40,410 nt of DNA from Candidatus Iainarchaeum sp. (GTDB lineage: Archaea > Iainarchaeota > Iainarchaeia > JAADDC01). The notes beneath the pieces are model-generated. The model was not told the origin of the DNA, searched no databases, and saw only the letters and a list, made by a program, of their open reading frames with translations. A program made the position numbers and the translations under genes. The stretch spans positions 1 through 40,410 of the forward strand of contig JAADDH010000013.1 in assembly GCA_013154035.1 (NCBI GenBank). The letters are read 5' to 3'. Numbering within the stretch: the first letter of the stretch is position 1; every line of letters starts with the position of its first letter. Shown piece by piece: positions 24,926 to 34,125 of the stretch.

Positions 24926-25095
24926 AGCTCCGCCTCCGAAAGTGTCCGAAGTGTGGGAGGTATACGCTCAAGGACGTCTGCCCTGTTTGCGGCGAGAAGA
25001 CAGTTTCCGCGCATCCTCCCCGTTTTTCTCCCGAGGACAAGTGGGGCGAATACCGTCGAAGAGCAAAGTTGGAACTGGGTCTCGTTGAAGAATGA
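24922..25095 (+). CDS. nop10: H/ACA RNP protein Nop10
   Basis: 57 aa. [24 protein letters not shown]...[10 protein letters not shown]. ATGA overlap with eif2a. Confidence 0.92.
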   Translation: [57 protein letters not shown]

Positions 25096-25865
25096 TCTTA
25101 AACCACGTTAGCATATTTTCTTACATGCGCGTCGCTTTACACAAGAATATACGTGCGGAGGTTCTTGTTACTGGCCTTCCTGGCATTGGACGAGTGGGGC
25201 ATGTGGCCGCGGCTTATCTTGCTTCCAAGCTCCCCGTGGAGCGGGTTGCCACATTCTACTTTGAGACGTTCCCCCCGCAGGTGATCATAGGCGAGGACGG
25301 AGTCATGCGGCTCTTCTCCAATGAGGTTTACTACGTTCCGGCTGAGCGTCCATTCTTCCTTCTCACCGGCGATTCGCAGCCCGTTGGTTCGCACCCCTCT
25401 GAGTTCTATTCCTATGTGGACGCGCTCCTGGATTTCTTCAAGCCCCGTGGCGTGAGGGAGATTATAACCATGGCCGGAATAGACCGGGGCACCCAGCGCT
25501 TCACTGCTTCTCCTGGCGTTGTTGTTGCGGGCAGCGATGCAGATATGGTCACCACGTTTAAGGATCTTGGCGCGAAGGTGGATGAAGGCGGTGCGATTAC
25601 AGGTGCCGCGGGCCTTCTGGTGGGTTTGGGTGCCTTGCGGGGAATTCGTGGGGCTTGCCTCATGGGGGAGACGTCATCGCAGCTGACAGCGCACGGCGAC
25701 CCCACTTCCGCCGCAGCGGTTCTGCGGGTGCTGTCCAAGTATTTGGGCTTTAACGTAGATCTTTCGGAGCTGGACAAGGCGGCGGAGACGCTGGACGCTC
25801 TGCTGAAGAAGATTGCCTCAGCTCCAAAGGAAGAGGAAAAGAAACCCGTAGATTACATACGTTGA
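25092..25865 (+). CDS. PAC2-family proteasome assembly chaperone (PbaA/B-like)
   Basis: VTGLPGIGRVGHVAAAYL...FFLLTGDSQP is the PAC2/COG1938 pattern. It lies in the conserved position after nop10. Confidence 0.8.
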   Translation: MILNHVSIFSYMRVALHKNIRAEVLVTGLPGIGRVGHVAAAYLASKLPVERVATFYFETFPPQVIIGEDGVMRLFSNEVYYVPAERPFFLLTGDSQPVGSHPSEFYSYVDALLDFFKPRGVREIITMAGIDRGTQRFTASPGVVVAGSDADMVTTFKDLGAKVDEGGAITGAAGLLVGLGALRGIRGACLMGETSSQLTAHGDPTSAAAVLRVLSKYLGFNVDLSELDKAAETLDALLKKIASAPKEEEKKPVDYIR

Positions 25866-25894
25866 TTTTTCTTTTCTTCCGTCCCCTGCTTTTC

Positions 25895-26380
25895 ATGGCA
25901 GAGGGCGAGATCTTTCTGGAACCTCGGGTGTACACATTAGTCTATGTGATTCAGGGGGACAAAGTTCTGCTCATACGCAAGAAGCGCGGGTTCGGCGAGG
26001 GCTACTACAACGGGCCTGGTGGGAAGGTGCGTTGGGACGAGACGCTCCGTGAAGCAGCGATTCGTGAGTTTCAGGAGGAACTCTGCGCTTCGCCTGGCCC
26101 TTTGGAGTGGCGGGGCGTTCTGGAGTTTTACAACAATAATCGGCTGGAAATGATTGTCCATGTCTTCATTGCGGAATCATACAGTGGGAAGCTGTGTGAG
26201 AGCGACGAGGCGGAACCACATTGGTTCGGGACCGACGAGATCCCCTACGACAACATGTGGCGGGATGATCGCTACTGGTTTCCTTTGCTCCTTGCCGGGA
26301 AGCGCTTTTACGGACGGTTCTGGTTCAGGGATTGGAAGGAGATCATAGACTACCGGCTATATAAATTAGAAAATCCATAA
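25895..26380 (+). CDS. Nudix hydrolase, MTH1/MutT-like nucleotide sanitiser
   Basis: Nudix box GPGGKVRWDETLREAAIREFQEELCA. The C-terminal MWRDDRYWFPLLLAGKRFYGRFWF resembles the MTH1 (NUDT1) family. Confidence 0.8.
   Translation: MAEGEIFLEPRVYTLVYVIQGDKVLLIRKKRGFGEGYYNGPGGKVRWDETLREAAIREFQEELCASPGPLEWRGVLEFYNNNRLEMIVHVFIAESYSGKLCESDEAEPHWFGTDEIPYDNMWRDDRYWFPLLLAGKRFYGRFWFRDWKEIIDYRLYKLENP
26358..26367 (+). promoter_or_regulatory. Strong TATA box for the 948-aa surface protein gene
   Basis: TATATAAATT is centred about 25 nt upstream of GTG 26387, which implies a leaderless transcript. It is embedded in the 3' end of the Nudix gene. Confidence 0.55.
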
Positions 26381-26386
26381 TTCTTT

Positions 26387-29233
26387 GTGCGCGGTGCTCT
26401 CCACATTGCCATTCCTGTTATTCTCCTTGTAACTCTCGGCGCCGCGCTTGTGGGTTTGCTTACGTGTTCTCTCCCGGGCAACTACGTGCAGATGGATGTT
26501 CCGCGATGCTCCTCGCTCTCTGGCTGCATGAAGATCGCCCAGTTTGATAATCGTGCCTCTGCATACGCGTGGCAGGTGGGCCGCGCCTGGTATTTCGTTA
26601 ATCAATTCCGCAACGATCTGGCATTAATTTCAAAATCCTGCGGGCGGAGCAACGAGACGAACGATTTCGCTTTCATTGTTTTGAATGGTAAATACGTTCT
26701 CGACTCCGCACAGCACCTGAAATCGGCTATGCTTGCCGCGGACGCGTCTGTAACTTACGTTCAGAACAGCCTTCGCGGCGTGAGCGATACTCTTCATCGC
26801 GGCGGCATTCAATACGTATCGGGCACTCCCTACGATGCAGTGGCGTCTCAGATATCCCTCGTTCTTTACGATCTAGATCATAATCGGTCTAACCGTGCTC
26901 TTTCCTCAGCAATCCTATCCTATCGCGCAGCAAAATCTGAATTCACCCATAAGATTTCCGAATATCTTCCCAACGCATCGCAGTTCCTGCTTTCTACTGT
27001 AAAATCCCCCTTCCATGAGCTCGTATATGTTGGGGCCTCTGTCACGTCATATTTTCTATCAACGCGCTCCTCCGACGTTCGTCTTCTACAGTCCGCAGTG
27101 GGCATCCACGACTCAGTATTTTCTGCATACCGTTCGCTCATGGAGTCATATTACTCCGCGGAGGACGATGCAGACCGCCGTGCGAGCGAGTTTCTGTCGG
27201 ATGCTGCGGATCTGAGGGATAGAATCTATAAAATAAGCGGTGAACTTGATAGATCTGCGTACACTGTGCTCGGCGAGCGTTACGTCTCCATTATAGCGCC
27301 CAACACCATCAAATATCGTTCCATTGTGGTGAACACCAGTGATTCTGCGTCGGTTCGTGCAAAGGCGGATGCACTGTACTGGGATACCTACCAGTCTATT
27401 TCTCGCTACCGTAGCAGGGATTCCAACTTTCTCGTCTGGTGGGTGCGCGCACGGGGCGATGTGCGCAAGCTCAGTGATCTCCACGCCGGTCTCTCCGACG
27501 ATTTGGCTGCGCTGGACTCTCTAGCGGATAGCTGCCAGAAGTTTCTCTCAAAGTATCGACCTCGCAGCAGTTACGCACGTATTCGCATTCCTGCCATCGC
27601 TGCGGCCATGAAGCAAGATCAGAACATTGCCCTGCGCCTACTTTACTGCAAGGACGGACTGGATGTGTACTTTCTTGATCGGAACTACGCTTCTGATGAG
27701 GCGATGCTTGCGGCCTGCGAACGCTCCATTTCGTGCTGGACAGATTATCCCTGTCACCAGGATGATGCCTCGCGCCGTCTAGACTGCTGTCTGGCGTTCC
27801 GCCAGCGTAAGGTTGCCGAACTTCGTTCATCGCCATTGTATACATCATATTTGCAGCTGCGTAGGGAGCTTGCTAAGACTGCTGCCTTCTGTGGACTATC
27901 CGATCTTGATGCAAAGCTTGCTGCGCTCCCCGTACAGTTTACCTGCCGTGATAAGCTTCGCGATGCAGTTACAGATCTGCTCGCCCTTCGTAGCAAGTAT
28001 GCGTCTGTCGCCGCAGATTGTGCGCCGCTGAACGTGAGCTATGTGGGATACTTTGACGCAAAGGAGGTATCTTCTCTGAAATTGAGAGTCGTTTACGGTA
28101 TTCATGGGTTGTCCGCACGCCGTGTAGTATCTGTTCCCTTCCGCGTCGCGTCTTACCGCACGCTGGAGTCTAATGGGCTGTCTGTCAGTTTTGATGGTAA
28201 CCGCATGTTGCTTTCTGGTGGCGGATCTGCACTCTTAGAAATCACCGCATATCCCGTTCCCCTCAGCGTTGAACACCTCGGCGATTCAATGGGGCACTCG
28301 CGGCTGAAGTTAATCAATAACAGCGATCTTCCTGTGAAATACGCGCTCGACGGGGTGCTCCTTGGCAGTGATGGTCTCGTTTACCGGGCGGGACGTTATC
28401 TCTTTTTCCCGCCACACTCCTACGCCGTTGTTGAAATCCCTACTCTCCGTGTCGATTACTCAGATAGCAACGGATTCGTTACCATTCACAACGATTCCGC
28501 GGTTCGCTATCATGGAACGGTGGTTCTCCCGTTTTTCACTGAGCACCCACCATCCTACTGCGCCTCTGATGGCAATGTGACTATATGTAACGTGTCGCTT
28601 GACCCTTACTCCTCCAGAGTAATTCGCATTGGTTCTCACGGTCCTATTATCACTACGTCCCTGCCTGATGGCGCGCAGGAGCAGGATGTGCAGATTTCAC
28701 CGGCAGTACATTCCGCATCTGTTACCTCCTTTGATGCGCCTTCTCCATCTTCGCAGCCCGTTGTTTCCGAGAGCAACGTTCTCCGCGAGAGAATTCGTTC
28801 TCTGATTGCCGAGCTAAATTCTTACTACCGGCGTGCTGAGGAGCTTAACGTCACATACCTCCTCCCATTTTCTCCCGAGACACTCCACTCTGCCGAGGCG
28901 CTCTTATCTTCTGCAGATCGGCCATCACTCTCAGTCCTCTACAACGTTCTCCGCGACGAGCGGGACGGGCTCCGCGCCAAAGCGGGCTATTCTGTTGCAG
29001 CACTCTCGCGCATGCCGGGCCACGAGAGGGATTATGCGGTGGCTAAGTCTGCCTATGATCGGGGGGACTATGTGCTCGCCCTCGCTGTCGCCGAGCCGTT
29101 GATGCACGGCTATGGTAGCAATAGTGATTCTTGGCTCCCTGGAGTTCTTGGCTTGCTCTCCTTTCTGGCCCTCATTACATATGTGTTCAGGACATATCGC
29201 CCCAAGAAGAAGCGCAGGATTCCGAAAATATAA
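26387..29233 (+). CDS. Large orphan cell-surface protein (N-terminal signal/TM, C-terminal TM anchor)
   Basis: 948 aa. N-terminal hydrophobic segment IAIPVILLVTLGAALVGLL. About ten N-x-S/T sequons. C-terminal LPGVLGLLSFLALITYVF is followed by RTYRPKKKRR. A helical N-terminal half precedes a beta-rich middle. I recognise no family. Confidence 0.7.
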   Translation: MRGALHIAIPVILLVTLGAALVGLLTCSLPGNYVQMDVPRCSSLSGCMKIAQFDNRASAYAWQVGRAWYFVNQFRNDLALISKSCGRSNETNDFAFIVLNGKYVLDSAQHLKSAMLAADASVTYVQNSLRGVSDTLHRGGIQYVSGTPYDAVASQISLVLYDLDHNRSNRALSSAILSYRAAKSEFTHKISEYLPNASQFLLSTVKSPFHELVYVGASVTSYFLSTRSSDVRLLQSAVGIHDSVFSAYRSLMESYYSAEDDADRRASEFLSDAADLRDRIYKISGELDRSAYTVLGERYVSIIAPNTIKYRSIVVNTSDSASVRAKADALYWDTYQSISRYRSRDSNFLVWWVRARGDVRKLSDLHAGLSDDLAALDSLADSCQKFLSKYRPRSSYARIRIPAIAAAMKQDQNIALRLLYCKDGLDVYFLDRNYASDEAMLAACERSISCWTDYPCHQDDASRRLDCCLAFRQRKVAELRSSPLYTSYLQLRRELAKTAAFCGLSDLDAKLAALPVQFTCRDKLRDAVTDLLALRSKYASVAADCAPLNVSYVGYFDAKEVSSLKLRVVYGIHGLSARRVVSVPFRVASYRTLESNGLSVSFDGNRMLLSGGGSALLEITAYPVPLSVEHLGDSMGHSRLKLINNSDLPVKYALDGVLLGSDGLVYRAGRYLFFPPHSYAVVEIPTLRVDYSDSNGFVTIHNDSAVRYHGTVVLPFFTEHPPSYCASDGNVTICNVSLDPYSSRVIRIGSHGPIITTSLPDGAQEQDVQISPAVHSASVTSFDAPSPSSQPVVSESNVLRERIRSLIAELNSYYRRAEELNVTYLLPFSPETLHSAEALLSSADRPSLSVLYNVLRDERDGLRAKAGYSVAALSRMPGHERDYAVAKSAYDRGDYVLALAVAEPLMHGYGSNSDSWLPGVLGLLSFLALITYVFRTYRPKKKRRIPKI

Positions 29234-29238
29234 AAGTT

Positions 29239-29256
29239 GGGTGAAAAACTTCACCC
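29239..29256. terminator. Hairpin between convergent genes, followed by oligo-T on the minus strand
   Basis: GGGTGAA-AAAC-TTCACCC (7-bp stem). On the minus strand GTTTTTC and CTTTTATATTTTC follow the histone stop, the oligo-T signal typical of archaeal termination. Confidence 0.4.
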
Positions 29257-29463
29257 GAGAAGCTGCTTTGCAGCGAGCTTGACGTCCTCTGCCTGCACAC
29301 CCTTCCTGCCGGAGTGGTGTGCGATCTCGACTGCGAGGCCTGCAACCTCAAGGGCGACCTCTTCGAGAATCTCACGAAGGGCCTCCTTCGCATCAGCAGA
29401 GACGCGCTGCGCGCCAGCCTTCCTCATGATCCTCTCAATCTGAGCCAACTTAAGCTCTGCCAT
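29251..29463 (-). CDS. Archaeal histone (HMf family)
   Basis: 70 aa. MAELKLAQIERIMRKAGAQRVSADAKEAL..EVA..A...A.HSGRKGVQAEDVKLA matches the histone fold of HMfA/B. GGAGGTG lies 7 nt upstream. Confidence 0.92.
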   Translation of the reverse strand: MAELKLAQIERIMRKAGAQRVSADAKEALREILEEVALEVAGLAVEIAHHSGRKGVQAEDVKLAAKQLLG

Positions 29464-29511
29464 CGGGATCCACCTCCTTTTTCTTAAAGCGGCCGAGCCG
29501 CTTCGCACATA

Positions 29512-30468
29512 TTACGCCTTACTCCTTTTTATTTCTTTCTCTACCATGAGCACCCCGAGGATGCCTAGGATTGCCCAGATTGCTGTGAACGCACTGCGAT
29601 GGTCTTGAATTTGCCTAGTTCCTAATTCTTGCATTTTCAGAGCATTTACGCAGTGCTGCTCCGTGTTTGCATCCAGCTGCTGGAGTGTCAGGGTGGCTCC
29701 CGGGTTCAAGAGTGTGCCGTTGATTTCTATCGGCCTCGTTCCGATGTTTATGACGGTGGTAGAATGGTTATGTATAATGCAGCTGAGTGGGACCCAGTAC
29801 TCGCTCCCGATTATGCCAAATTTTGTTTTCACAGCGTATTTGCCGTGACGGTCGCTGTATTCGATGATTTGTGGCTGTAGCAGCTGTTGTGGGAATGTGT
29901 CGGCAGTGGTCACCAGTATCTTCACTGTTTTCTGCGAATTTGGTGCTATACTGTACTGACCGAGGGGATCCATTGGAGCTACGACGTCAGGCAGGTGCAG
30001 AACGATGTGAAACTTACCCTCTGCTGTGCCTGTGTTTGTGACGTTAAACTCGAGGGTATCGTATCCGCCTGCGTGGAACACTGGGGGGTATTTGAAGGTC
30101 ACACCCAAGATTGGGACTTTGTCGCACGTGATGTATGAGCTCGCCGCGATCTCTGCCTTCGGGCTGCCGACGTTTCGGATGAGCTCTATTGTCATTGTTC
30201 CTCCGGTACTGGAGAGAATCGCGCGGTATTTTCCGGGTCGCTCTGCGCTTAAGACTATGCGGTTGTTGTCGTATATGCGCGCCTTGCCGGAAATCAGCGT
30301 AAATACAAATATGTTGTTGCAGTCCTTGGCGGAGGGGTATGGTAGCGTCCAGTTCTGCTCGCTCTGCGGTGCCTGGACAACAGGGTTTACGCCTGCCTCT
30401 GCCAGCGTTGTAGCGCCTGCAAACCCTGCGATGAGAACCAAAACTAGGGGGAAGAGGATTTTCCGCAT
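29512..30468 (-). CDS. Secreted, C-terminally anchored beta-rich surface protein
   Basis: 318 aa. Signal peptide MRKILFPLVLVLIAGFAGATTLAEA. Four sequons. C-terminal TM segment AIWAILGILGVLMV followed by a basic tail. Confidence 0.65.
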   Translation of the reverse strand: MRKILFPLVLVLIAGFAGATTLAEAGVNPVVQAPQSEQNWTLPYPSAKDCNNIFVFTLISGKARIYDNNRIVLSAERPGKYRAILSSTGGTMTIELIRNVGSPKAEIAASSYITCDKVPILGVTFKYPPVFHAGGYDTLEFNVTNTGTAEGKFHIVLHLPDVVAPMDPLGQYSIAPNSQKTVKILVTTADTFPQQLLQPQIIEYSDRHGKYAVKTKFGIIGSEYWVPLSCIIHNHSTTVINIGTRPIEINGTLLNPGATLTLQQLDANTEQHCVNALKMQELGTRQIQDHRSAFTAIWAILGILGVLMVEKEIKRSKA

Positions 30469-30483
30469 GTAATAATTGGGGTC

Positions 30484-30996
30484 TCACTGTATATAGCCCT
30501 TTCTTAGCCACTCCTCTAGAATCTTTGACCAATCTACGGGCTCCCATATGCGCTTTTCGGCTTTTATTGCTGAAAGGATGAGTTCTGCCGTTTCCTCCGG
30601 GCTGCGCTTCGTGGTATCTACCTGCCACACTTCACCGTACTTCTTCTCGGCTCTGCTCAGGCAGTAGTCCAGCATTTCCGCCATTACATTTTCCCGTATT
30701 TTCTTTTCCGGGTAGCCCCTTGGTTTTAGTCGCTCCTCAAGCACGTCCGGCCGCGTTCTAAGAACTATAACATGATCTACTGGTAGCTTTACCTCGCAGA
30801 AGAGGTGGCCCTCCAGGATTGCGTTGTCCATGTTCTTTATTGTCCAGAGCGCCTTCATGCGTAGCTTTCTGGTATCTACATATTCCCTGTGGACCAGGTC
30901 GTTTGCGCGAATTATTGGCCACCCTGTTTTTTCTGCGAGGACGTTGGCCACGCTCGTCTTTCCAGTGCCCGGAACCCCCGTTATGATGATTTTCAT
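30484..30996 (-). CDS. fap7: Fap7/AK6-type adenylate kinase (small-subunit ribosome biogenesis)
   Basis: MKIIITGVPGTGKTSVA P-loop. 170 aa with the short AK6-like architecture. Confidence 0.8.
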   Translation of the reverse strand: MKIIITGVPGTGKTSVANVLAEKTGWPIIRANDLVHREYVDTRKLRMKALWTIKNMDNAILEGHLFCEVKLPVDHVIVLRTRPDVLEERLKPRGYPEKKIRENVMAEMLDYCLSRAEKKYGEVWQVDTTKRSPEETAELILSAIKAEKRIWEPVDWSKILEEWLRKGYIQ

Positions 30997-31000
30997 TGTA

Positions 31001-32890
31001 CTACCTCAGACGGAGGACGTCTAGCAGGCGGGGCGCGTATGACTCTGTCCGTATATTTCTTCCCAGATCCCTCGCAAGGCTCACACACTTCTCCTCTTCT
31101 CCATGCACCGTTAGTATTCTTGCAGGCTTCTGCGGGAGGTGACGCACGAACGCCTCTAGCTGTCTCCTGTCTGAGTGCCCCGAGAATCCATGGAGCGTCT
31201 CCACGCGTGCTTCCACGTGTATTGCCCTCATCTTTCCGCCGCTCACCTTCATGGGTATTTCCCGTATGCCCTTCTGCAGTTTTCTTCCGAGGGATCCTTC
31301 AAACTGATATCCTACGAGGGCGATGGCGTTCTTGGAGTCCTCTGCTATGCGCTGGAAGTAGTCCACGGCTGGTCCGCCCGTGAGGGATCCAGAGGGGGCG
31401 ATGATCACCGCAGGGCCGCCCTCCATGATCTCGTCTCTCTTTGCGTAGGAGTCCACGTATATGAAGTGCTCCATCTCAAAGGGCGAGTCGTCCGTGAGTA
31501 TTCTCCTCTGCACGTCGCGCCTCAGGTACTCAGGGTATGCTGTGTATATGGCGGATGCCTCCTTGATCATGCCATCTACGTATATGGGCCACTCATAATC
31601 GTTCTTGCGGTAGAACGCCTCTAACGTCAGCATAATCTCCTGCGCACGGCCCACTGCGAATGCAGGGATCAGCAACTTCCCCCCTTTCTCCATGGTCTCT
31701 GTCAGTATGCGTTCAAGCGCCGCTTCCGTCTCCCTCCTCGGCGGGTGCACATCGTCCCGTGCACCGTAGGTGCTCTCCATGATGAGCGTTTCTACCCGCG
31801 GATATTTTGTGTCTGCAGGGTTGTGCAGGCGAGAGAAGCCGAACTTCAGGTCCCCGGTAAACACGATGTTGTGGAATCCCTGGCCCACGTGTATGTGCAC
31901 CGTCGCCGATCCGAGTATGTGGCCAGCGTTGTGGAAGGTTATGCGCATATCTGGCGTGATGTCCGTGACCTCGCCGTAGTTGCGGGTTATTGTGCGCAGT
32001 GATGCTTCCTTCACCCACCTCTCGCTGTATGGTGGATCCCTGTTGTCCTTTGTGAGCACGTCCACGAAGTCAAACTGGAGTAGCGCCGAGAGGTCGCGGG
32101 TTGGAGGAGTGGCATACACGGGCCCCTTGTATCCGAGCTTGTAGAGGTATGGGACCATTCCAGAGTGGTCCAGGTGCGCGTGGGTGACAACCACTGCATC
32201 TATCTCGTCCAGCGGTATGCCCAGCACGCCCAGCTCGGGGAACATTTCGTCTGCGCCCGAGACGTCCACACCTGCATCTACAAGAACCTTGCTTTCCGGC
32301 GTCTCCACTAGATATGCGCTTCTTCCGACGAAGCGGGACGATCCGAGGAAGTGTATGCGCACCCATTCTTTGTCAGATTTCTTTGGGCGGTTAATGCGCG
32401 CAAATACTTCCTTGTTGAACTTGATGCGGTCCTTCGTGTGCTTTATGAGGACCTTCCGTATCCCCTTCAAAATCTGGCTCTCCATTGCCGGTGCACGGTA
32501 CACGTGGATGAGCCACCCAATCTGCTCTACTATCCGCTTGAGCGTTTCTCCATTCTTCCCGATGACCAGACCTGGCTTCTTCGCCTCCACGAACGCCGTG
32601 CCAAGCTCCGGAACAAAGTCTATGTCCGTGATTCCTGCCTCTTCGGGAACCGTGGCGAGTATGACATCCTTCGCGTGTTCCGGTGGTGTCAGAATGGACG
32701 GATCGCTGCGTATGTTGATCCTTTTCTTTAGAACGGATGCGATGCTTGCCACTGCATCCTCGTTCTCCAGAAAATACTTCGGATTACGTGTGTACACTCC
32801 TATTTCCGGACCTTCCGGCTCAACCTTAACGACCTGTGCCTCTGGGCCTACTATCTGCACTACCTTCTTCAGAAGTTCACTCTCTGCCAA
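31001..32890 (-). CDS. fttA: aCPSF1/FttA: KH-domain beta-CASP metallo-beta-lactamase ribonuclease (transcription termination factor)
   Basis: 629 aa. Two N-terminal KH-like modules (GLVIGKNGETLKRI), the MBL motif VVTHAHLDHSG, and beta-CASP and C-terminal motifs. Adjacency to psmB is the conserved archaeal arrangement. Confidence 0.92.
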   Translation of the reverse strand: MAESELLKKVVQIVGPEAQVVKVEPEGPEIGVYTRNPKYFLENEDAVASIASVLKKRINIRSDPSILTPPEHAKDVILATVPEEAGITDIDFVPELGTAFVEAKKPGLVIGKNGETLKRIVEQIGWLIHVYRAPAMESQILKGIRKVLIKHTKDRIKFNKEVFARINRPKKSDKEWVRIHFLGSSRFVGRSAYLVETPESKVLVDAGVDVSGADEMFPELGVLGIPLDEIDAVVVTHAHLDHSGMVPYLYKLGYKGPVYATPPTRDLSALLQFDFVDVLTKDNRDPPYSERWVKEASLRTITRNYGEVTDITPDMRITFHNAGHILGSATVHIHVGQGFHNIVFTGDLKFGFSRLHNPADTKYPRVETLIMESTYGARDDVHPPRRETEAALERILTETMEKGGKLLIPAFAVGRAQEIMLTLEAFYRKNDYEWPIYVDGMIKEASAIYTAYPEYLRRDVQRRILTDDSPFEMEHFIYVDSYAKRDEIMEGGPAVIIAPSGSLTGGPAVDYFQRIAEDSKNAIALVGYQFEGSLGRKLQKGIREIPMKVSGGKMRAIHVEARVETLHGFSGHSDRRQLEAFVRHLPQKPARILTVHGEEEKCVSLARDLGRNIRTESYAPRLLDVLRLR

Positions 32891-32902
32891 TCAAAACCCC
32901 CC

Positions 32903-33529
32903 TTATAGGGATTTCTTGATCTTTGCAATCTCTTCTGGTGTGAGCATCTCCACGCCGTCCTTTGTTATCACGGCTACGTCAATGCCTGGCTCCTCTCCGC
33001 CAGTATACACGTTCCTGCGCCTTGCAGCCTCAATGGCCTGTACTGCGAGCTTGATTGCCTCCTTCTTGCTTATGTTTTCCTTGTAGCCAGCTTCCAGCGC
33101 ACCGTACGCGACGGGGCTTCCTGAGCCCGTTGCTGTGAATCGTTTTTCGTATCCAATGCCGCCTGCCGCGTCAATAGAGTACACGATGGGCTCTTCCACG
33201 TAGGATCCGAGGAGGAGCTGAACCATGTATGGCATGTACTTCGTGGAGTTGAGTATTGTTCCCAGCATGGTTGCCACGCGCTTTCCGCTGGGCTCCTTGC
33301 CGTCTTCAATGCGCATGCGGTTGATCTTCGTTCGGAGGAAGCGAACGAGCAGCTGGGCATCGCCGACGAGCCCTGCCGTTGTCATGGCCATGTGGTCAGA
33401 AATTGGATATACCTTCTGGGTGCGGCGATCCGCCTCCAGATCTCCCATGGATGCAAGCTTGTCAGCCGCGAGTATTACGTAGTCCTTTCCAACTATTCCC
33501 ACCGTTGTGGTGCCTTTCTTCGCGTCCAT
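32903..33529 (-). CDS. psmB: Proteasome beta subunit
   Basis: Short propeptide, then the catalytic Thr: MDAKKG/TTTVGIVGKDYVILAADK. Confidence 0.92.
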   Translation of the reverse strand: MDAKKGTTTVGIVGKDYVILAADKLASMGDLEADRRTQKVYPISDHMAMTTAGLVGDAQLLVRFLRTKINRMRIEDGKEPSGKRVATMLGTILNSTKYMPYMVQLLLGSYVEEPIVYSIDAAGGIGYEKRFTATGSGSPVAYGALEAGYKENISKKEAIKLAVQAIEAARRRNVYTGGEEPGIDVAVITKDGVEMLTPEEIAKIKKSL

Positions 33530-33603
33530 TAGAACACCTCAGAAACAGAACAATATGCATTTAGGGGGGCAATTGTTTTAAACTATGCATACTTTTTAAC
33601 TCC

Positions 33604-34125
33604 ATGATTCTCGGCAGGAATGCAATTCTGGAACTCATGAAGACTGGGGATATCCGTATTGACCCGTTTGACGAGAATGCGCTGGGTCCCGCGTCCTACG
33701 ACATTGCTTTGAGTTCAAAATTCCGCATATTTGATCGATATGGTGAGTTCATTGACATCCGCGACGACTCCTTTGACCCCGCGCGCTACGGAGATCTTGT
33801 GGATACGGAGGGCGGGCCGATTGAAATACAACCTGGCCAGCTGGTCCTTGGCATGAGCGCAGAACGTATAACCCTGTCCGATCGCGTTATGGGGTGGATC
33901 TCCGGCCGATCCCGCTTCGCGCGCATCGGCCTTCTCGTTCACGTGTCCTCTAATCTCATTCAGCCAGGAGTGTCCAACCACCAGATCTTAGAAATCGTTA
34001 ATCTGTCTCCCCGCCCCATGCGCCTCTGGCCGGGCGTGAGAATAGCACAGGTGGTGTTTGAGGAGGTTAAGGGGGCCGCGGAGGGCCCAGTGGATAGGAG
34101 ATATTTCACTCAGACTTCTCCGTAG
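33604..34125 (+). CDS. dcd: dCTP deaminase (Dcd family)
   Basis: IRIDPFDENALGPASYDI...GWISGRSRFARIGL...NHQILEI matches the Dcd/dUTPase-like trimer family. Confidence 0.85.
   Translation: MILGRNAILELMKTGDIRIDPFDENALGPASYDIALSSKFRIFDRYGEFIDIRDDSFDPARYGDLVDTEGGPIEIQPGQLVLGMSAERITLSDRVMGWISGRSRFARIGLLVHVSSNLIQPGVSNHQILEIVNLSPRPMRLWPGVRIAQVVFEEVKGAAEGPVDRRYFTQTSP

Noticed and set aside
29120-29233. A PGF-CTERM/archaeosortase sorting signal on the 948-aa protein.
   Set aside because: The motif is PGV rather than PGF, and there is no Thr/Ser-rich linker preceding it. A plain C-terminal TM anchor cannot be distinguished from a sortase signal by eye, so no such claim is made.
33530-33603. A duplicated TATGCAT motif (33553-33559 and 33583-33589) in the psmB/dcd divergent spacer, considered as a regulator binding site.
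   Set aside because: There are only two 7-nt copies in an AT-rich promoter spacer, which is well within chance expectation. The region is otherwise explained by two TATA-like boxes.
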